NCBI GenBank assembly: GCA_030141605.1
Contig: JAQGDQ010000302.1
Span: 62,001-126,000 of the forward strand
Origin: Tubiluchus corallicola
Taxonomy: Eukaryota > Animalia > Priapulida
Direction of reading: 5' to 3'
DNA: 64,000 nt
Part shown: in pieces, positions 61,356 to 64,000 of the stretch
Layout of the letters: every line of letters starts with the position of its first letter
Numbering within the stretch: the first letter of the stretch is position 1
Position numbers and translations under genes: made by a program
Notes under the pieces: model-generated
Told to the model about the DNA's origin: nothing
What the model saw: only the letters and a program-made list of their open reading frames with translations
Databases searched by the model: none

Positions 61356-63971
61356 TATATTTTCAGAAGAAGAAGAAGAAGAAGAAGTTACAAAAGAGGG
61401 TACTTCTAGCAGCGTTGATTTGTCGGCTGAGGCAGCACCACCGATCCTGCGAGGTGCGTGGTCATCAGGACCCGATCTTGTTTCTCCTCCTCAGAGATTT
61501 CGTCGAAAGTCTGCACCAGGTGTCTCTCATACTGACACAACTGATGGTAATTTCAACTTCTTGATGATGTTAAATCTTCCTAAATTCTTAATACTCTTAA
61601 TTAATTAGCAACACAAGGAATTGAACATTCTCTTATATTGTTGACCGTACACGCTTGACCTCAGGTTTTTACATCCTTGAGCTAAGTGTATGGTTTTCTC
61701 TACCCTACATCTTCTTTTTGGTAGCAACCTTCCTGCTCGCAGACTTTGATTGTTGTGGTATCCGTCTTCCCAACCTTAAAACTGAATCATTTTGGTACCT
61801 GCAATGAAACCTTGATTATTTTGTTATTTTGATACCAGTCTTCGCTTACAGACCTTGGTCATTTTGTTACACATCTTTCTTCCTTCAGACCTTAATCATT
61901 TTAGTACCAGTCTTCTCTATCCACAGTCTTTGATTATTTAGGCACCAATTTTTCCTAGTACAGGCCTTGGTGGTTTTCATACCAGTATTCTCTCTCCACA
62001 GACCTTGATCGTTTTTGCTACCAATCTTCTCTACTCACTGACCTTGATCAATTAGGAACCAGTTTTCCTAAGTACAGACCTTAATCATTTTAGTACCAGT
62101 CTTCTCTATCCACAGACCTTGATTATTTAGGCACCAATTTTTCCTAGTACAGGCCTTGATGGTTTTCGTACCAGTATTCTCTATCCACAGACCTTGATGG
62201 TTTTGGTACCAATGTTCTCTACTCACTGACCTTGATCAATTAGGAACCAGTTTTCCTAGTACAGACATTGATCATTTTGGTACACATTTTCTCCCCTGTT
62301 TCATTGATCCATTTTAGCGACCTGCAGACTAGACTAGTCATTTTAGTGCAGTCTTCCCTCTCACAGACTAATCCTAAGTTAAAAAGCCTTTTTCTAAAAA
62401 TGAGTTATTTTTAATCAGCTGCAGGTGGGTTGCCAGAGGCTCCTCCTCCGCAAGTTGAATCTCCATATACACGGACCAAATCGTTTGTGCGAAAACAATC
62501 TGCATTGCAAGCGAGACGTCTGCAGCGACAGCAGTCTGTTAGTGCAACATCCACTTCAGAAAATGCTCCGGTAAGTTCAATGCTGCAGTGCAGTGGGGGT
62601 GGGTGGGTGTGGGGTATTCTGCCTTCTAAGTTCAGCACTTAATATTGTTTACTCTTGATAGTTTATACAAAGTCTTCTAAATGGTAGAGAATCTAGTGAA
62701 CAAATGTATACGACAAAGAAATGTGTAATGTGTATTTCTGGTTTCGACAAATCTGCATATTAGACATCCTTAAATAATTCAACATTTCTTAGATTATGTA
62801 TGAAAGACAACCCATTTTAATAGCGAATAACGAAACAAAATCTCGGGATCTGTGGAGTTAGACAATAAAGTTTGTAGTTAGACAATAAAGACATGGCAGG
62901 GTGTACGTAACATTCAGTATGGTAACGTTAGCGAGTAGCTTTGCATTTTTATACCTCTTGAAAATGCATTATCTGTGGCTACTGTAAAATTGCAGTTGGT
63001 TATACTTGTTGGGTTATGGCATGTGAGTCGCCTAGGTAAATGAAAAAGTGTGCTCTAGCTTGTGTGACCAGCTTTAAACAGTAAAACATTCATCGTATGT
63101 ATTGTAGCAATGCATAATTTTATCATTTATGTGGCTAGTCATTTTAATTACCTATGTATGCGATTTGATCTTACAGGACTTGAGCATTAACATTCCCACT
63201 ACTCCACAGACCGTTTCTCAAGAGGACACGCGTGATCGGACAACGTCTTTCAGCATCACTAATCTCTTGCAGCCTGAGTATACGAGCATCACGGACAATA
63301 TTGACACTACTTGCTTACTTGCCGTGGCCGGGAGTTCAGAAACTCCCCCGGATAGTCCTAAAAATCAGGACAACTCTGAGGGAGTTGTGACACTTGAACC
63401 CAGCAAAGATGAAGTGTTGCGCGATGCAGAGGAGAGAGATTATAAAATCTTGGAGGGGTTAATTGCCCGGCGACTTCGGAGAGATTCTGAGAATCTCTCC
63501 ATAAGCTTAGACGACATTCACAGTGTTGCAGCAGTGAGTGACATTACTGAGGAGGACGAGACATTGGATGAACATGCTGAAAAGGTCACATTTTTTTCTA
63601 CTAGTCCAGAACAAGCAAAGCTGGTATTAGAAACAGATTCAGAACAGCCTGGGTCTCAACGGACTAGGTTACTGGACACTTTAGAAAAGCAGACAGCACT
63701 TTCAAGAGAAGAAGAGTTAGAGCTTGTAGAAGATCATGAAACAAGTCATCCTGGGATGCAAGCTCAGAGAACTCAGACTGAACAGAGTAATAGAATTTAC
63801 AGTGAGACTTTGCATGATGATGATTCATGCCTGGTGGGTCCATCACAGAGTGCACCTAGTATCCCAACATGCATCGGTGCAGCGGACAGTCGGAGAGCAA
63901 CAGAACCTTGTGTTACATTCCGCTCTTGCTCATTGCATAATGCTAGGTTTAACAAAGAGACATCTTGTTGA
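23343..63971 (+). CDS. TRPM3: TRPM cation channel of the TRPM1/3/6/7 group (TRPM3-like), ~1611 aa, 28 exons
   Basis: Join: 23343-23348 (or 25622-25726), 33008-33087, 35890-36085, 37981-38194, 39470-39600, 42676-42847, 43580-43763, 44625-44748, 47101-47274, 47732-47866, 49232-49282, 49670-49828, 50217-50402, 51085-51182, 51323-51551, 52398-52568, 54098-54286, 55761-55889, 56432-56547, 57557-57689, 57966-58140, 58543-58684, 58945-59135, 59470-59602, 60447-60637, 61367-61546, 62419-62570, 63177-63971. Total 4836 nt, all GT-AG, one continuous frame. Motifs: [83 protein letters not shown], pore [16 protein letters not shown] box VWKFQRY, a coiled coil, and [11 protein letters not shown]. The symbol marks the closest family, not one-to-one orthology. 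Confidence 0.93.
24062..24480. mobile_element. hAT-type MITE (419 bp)
   Basis: 8-bp TSD GAAAGAAT at 24054-24061 and 24481-24488; CAG...CTG termini; GC-rich subterminal aaattt(tt)gcgcccccctgc at both ends. Confidence 0.8.
25622..25726 (+). CDS. TRPM candidate first coding exon B (35 aa)
   Basis: [35 protein letters not shown]|gtaagt; consensus donor, phase 0. Confidence 0.55.
25897..26335. repeat. higher-order minisatellite: 102/127/102-bp units containing 2-3 copies of a 25-bp subunit
   Basis: Units start tcttttgtaa at 25897, 25999, 26126 and 26228; subunit attcaagttcactttaatttgccgt. Confidence 0.95.
28620..29355 (-). pseudogene. possible heavily decayed LINE (CR1/L2-like) ORF2 3' fragments
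   Basis: The fragments [35 protein letters not shown] and SNFIPLCL occur in the order expected for post-RT segments of CR1/L2 ORF2; many stops and frameshifts. Confidence 0.3.
30564..31017. repeat. G/T-rich tandem repeat: 4 units of a constant core plus variable (GT)n
   Basis: Core starts at 30581, 30684, 30793 and 30888 (periods 103/109/95); it explains the six overlapping HTHT/CVCV ORFs. Confidence 0.95.
32417..32630. repeat. degenerate minisatellite (tgtctgtggggatccatagtttt-type units)
   Basis: Repeated ctgtggggatccatagttttgtgt interspersed with tgtgagggtc. Confidence 0.85.
33008..33087 (+). CDS. TRPM exon
   Basis: tttcag|[26 protein letters not shown]|gtaag. Confidence 0.9.
33316..33412 (-). 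repeat. 5S rRNA-derived repeat fragment
   Basis: Reverse complement aagctaaataagattaggcttgttttataaatagatgggtgaccact; the aatagctggtggcagtttggcaga segment is shared with 1945-1975. Confidence 0.5.
35764..35790. repeat. (AAT)n microsatellite
   Basis: aataatgataataataataataataat. Confidence 0.8.
35890..36085 (+). CDS. TRPM exon
   Basis: RCGCGR...[31 protein letters not shown]|gtaag. Confidence 0.92.
37304..37373. repeat. polypyrimidine (CT-rich) tract
   Basis: Almost pure C/T run. Confidence 0.8.
37981..38194 (+). CDS. TRPM exon (MHR/SLOG)
   Basis: [17 protein letters not shown]...[11 protein letters not shown]...[11 protein letters not shown]. Confidence 0.92.
39470..39600 (+). CDS. TRPM exon
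   Basis: [10 protein letters not shown]...[20 protein letters not shown]|gtaag. Confidence 0.92.
40345..41551. mobile_element. foldback-type element with long imperfect inverted arms
   Basis: 40618-40772 is the reverse complement of ~41160-41313. 40427-40475 is inverted relative to ~41397-41446. Ends are AGGTACC / GGTACCT. A third, direct, degenerate copy of the arm module lies at ~40912-41040. Confidence 0.7.
41898..41944. repeat. imperfect (CTG/CTA)n microsatellite
   Basis: tactactgctgctgctactgctgctgctgctgttgctgctcctgctg. Confidence 0.85.
42676..42847 (+). CDS. TRPM exon
   Basis: VVKPYYSM...[30 protein letters not shown]. Confidence 0.92.
43580..43763 (+). CDS. TRPM exon
   Basis: [14 protein letters not shown]...[14 protein letters not shown]. 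Confidence 0.92.
44625..44748 (+). CDS. TRPM exon
   Basis: [13 protein letters not shown]...[10 protein letters not shown]|gtatt. Confidence 0.9.
45571..45886. mobile_element. second, left-truncated copy of the 14351-14775 MITE family
   Basis: Shares taaactaatacagtaggcgc..gtattaga..aatgtagaatcaat, gggacttttaac..ccagattttgtccga and the right TIR (..gagatgtgagtg|TA). Confidence 0.8.
47101..47274 (+). CDS. TRPM exon
   Basis: [42 protein letters not shown]. Confidence 0.93.
47732..47866 (+). CDS. TRPM exon
   Basis: [45 protein letters not shown]. Confidence 0.93.
49232..49282 (+). CDS. TRPM exon
   Basis: ttttcag|[17 protein letters not shown]|gtatgt. Confidence 0.88.
49670..49828 (+). CDS. 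TRPM exon
   Basis: [27 protein letters not shown]. Confidence 0.92.
50217..50402 (+). CDS. TRPM exon
   Basis: [31 protein letters not shown]|gtaat. Confidence 0.92.
51085..51182 (+). CDS. TRPM exon
   Basis: [15 protein letters not shown]. Confidence 0.92.
51323..51551 (+). CDS. TRPM exon
   Basis: [42 protein letters not shown]. Confidence 0.93.
52398..52568 (+). CDS. TRPM exon
   Basis: [32 protein letters not shown]. Confidence 0.9.
53165..53224. repeat. perfect 30-bp tandem duplication
   Basis: atgcgagaacaatgcagcctcttcattatg x2. Confidence 0.9.
54098..54286 (+). CDS. TRPM exon (pre-S1)
   Basis: [18 protein letters not shown]|gtaagt. Confidence 0.9.
54351..54847. mobile_element. hAT-Charlie-type MITE (497 bp)
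   Basis: TSD CTCTAGAT at 54343-54350 and 54848-54855; TIRs CAGGGCTGTGCAAATTG / CAATTTGCACACCCCTG (16/17 match); repeated subterminal GCGGCCCG. Confidence 0.92.
55761..55889 (+). CDS. TRPM exon (S1-S2)
   Basis: [40 protein letters not shown]. Confidence 0.92.
56432..56547 (+). CDS. TRPM exon (S3)
   Basis: [25 protein letters not shown]. Confidence 0.92.
57157..57270 (-). mobile_element. second, 5'-truncated copy of the tRNA-derived repeat
   Basis: Reverse complement tgcaatgtcagcagaaggatccctggttcaaatctaggctgcac..tttttcatatttcccgactttcaggtttggaacc aligns to 15434-15553. Confidence 0.68.
57557..57689 (+). CDS. TRPM exon (S4)
   Basis: [36 protein letters not shown]. Confidence 0.94.
57966..58140 (+). 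CDS. TRPM exon (S5, pore helix, filter)
   Basis: [44 protein letters not shown]. Confidence 0.94.
58543..58684 (+). CDS. TRPM exon (pore loop, S6)
   Basis: [39 protein letters not shown]. Confidence 0.94.
58945..59135 (+). CDS. TRPM exon (TRP box)
   Basis: [35 protein letters not shown]. Confidence 0.94.
59338..59396 (-). repeat. 5S rRNA-derived repeat fragment
   Basis: Reverse complement accaaagttgaacaatgctggacctggttggaaaacagaatggatgacctctaggaa versus 5S ccgaagttaagcaacgtcgggcctggttagtacttggatgggtgaccgcctgggaa. Confidence 0.55.
59470..59602 (+). CDS. TRPM exon
   Basis: [28 protein letters not shown]. Confidence 0.93.
60447..60637 (+). CDS. TRPM exon (coiled coil)
   Basis: [35 protein letters not shown]. 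Confidence 0.9.
60838..61134. mobile_element. hAT-type MITE (297 bp)
   Basis: TSD GCTACTTA at 60830-60837 and 61135-61142; degenerate TIRs CAGGTCCGTCCTAAC / GTTAAGATAATCTG; subterminal GGGGCC motifs. Confidence 0.82.
61290..61355. repeat. (AAT)n microsatellite
   Basis: About 22 perfect units ending ~11 nt before a TRPM acceptor. Confidence 0.95.
61367..61546 (+). CDS. TRPM exon (low-complexity tail)
   Basis: tttcag|[12 protein letters not shown]...DTTD|gtaat, phase 1-1. Confidence 0.8.
61760..62370. repeat. ~38-bp minisatellite with a 5-mer (187-189 bp) higher-order duplication
   Basis: Monomer cagaccttgatcattttggtaccagtcttctctatcca; higher-order unit starts at 61886, 62075 and 62262. Confidence 0.88.
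62419..62570 (+). CDS. TRPM exon
   Basis: [12 protein letters not shown]...ENAP|gtaagt; a second in-frame acceptor starts at 62425. Confidence 0.8.
63177..63971 (+). CDS. TRPM last coding exon
   Basis: ttacag|DLSINIPT...[12 protein letters not shown]...LRDAEERDY...TSC-TGA. Confidence 0.85.
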   Translation, partial: DLSINIPTTPQTVSQEDTRDRTTSFSITNLLQPEYTSITDNIDTTCLLAVAGSSETPPDSPKNQDNSEGVVTLEPSKDEVLRDAEERDYKILEGLIARRLRRDSENLSISLDDIHSVAAVSDITEEDETLDEHAEKVTFFSTSPEQAKLVLETDSEQPGSQRTRLLDTLEKQTALSREEELELVEDHETSHPGMQAQRTQTEQSNRIYSETLHDDDSCLVGPSQSAPSIPTCIGAADSRRATEPCVTFRSCSLHNARFNKETSC

Positions 63972-64000
63972 CAAATTAAGCAGCATTGCTGCTGGCGAGC

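Overview
AT-rich, CpG-depleted genomic DNA from an invertebrate animal, with spliceosomal introns. It is not prokaryotic, and most short ORFs in the track are exon fragments or noise. I can reconstruct three protein-coding genes by hand. (1) The 3' part of a + strand coiled-coil gene resembling FHAD1, about 20 exons over 833-~21472. (2) An intronless-CDS class A GPCR (TAAR/aminergic-like, 326 aa) on the - strand, nested in an intron of that gene. It lacks Asp3.32 and the TM3-ECL2 disulfide but has Asp5.42. (3) An apparently complete TRPM1/3/6/7-type cation channel on the + strand: 28 phase-consistent exons, 4836 nt, about 1611 aa, no alpha-kinase visible, with two candidate first exons. The introns hold three hAT-type MITEs with 8-bp TSDs, a two-copy TA-flanked Tc1/mariner-type MITE, a ~1.2 kb foldback element, tRNA-derived and 5S-derived dispersed repeats, and several higher-order minisatellites. 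Splice models and family assignments come from manual reading and recalled motifs; no database search was run.
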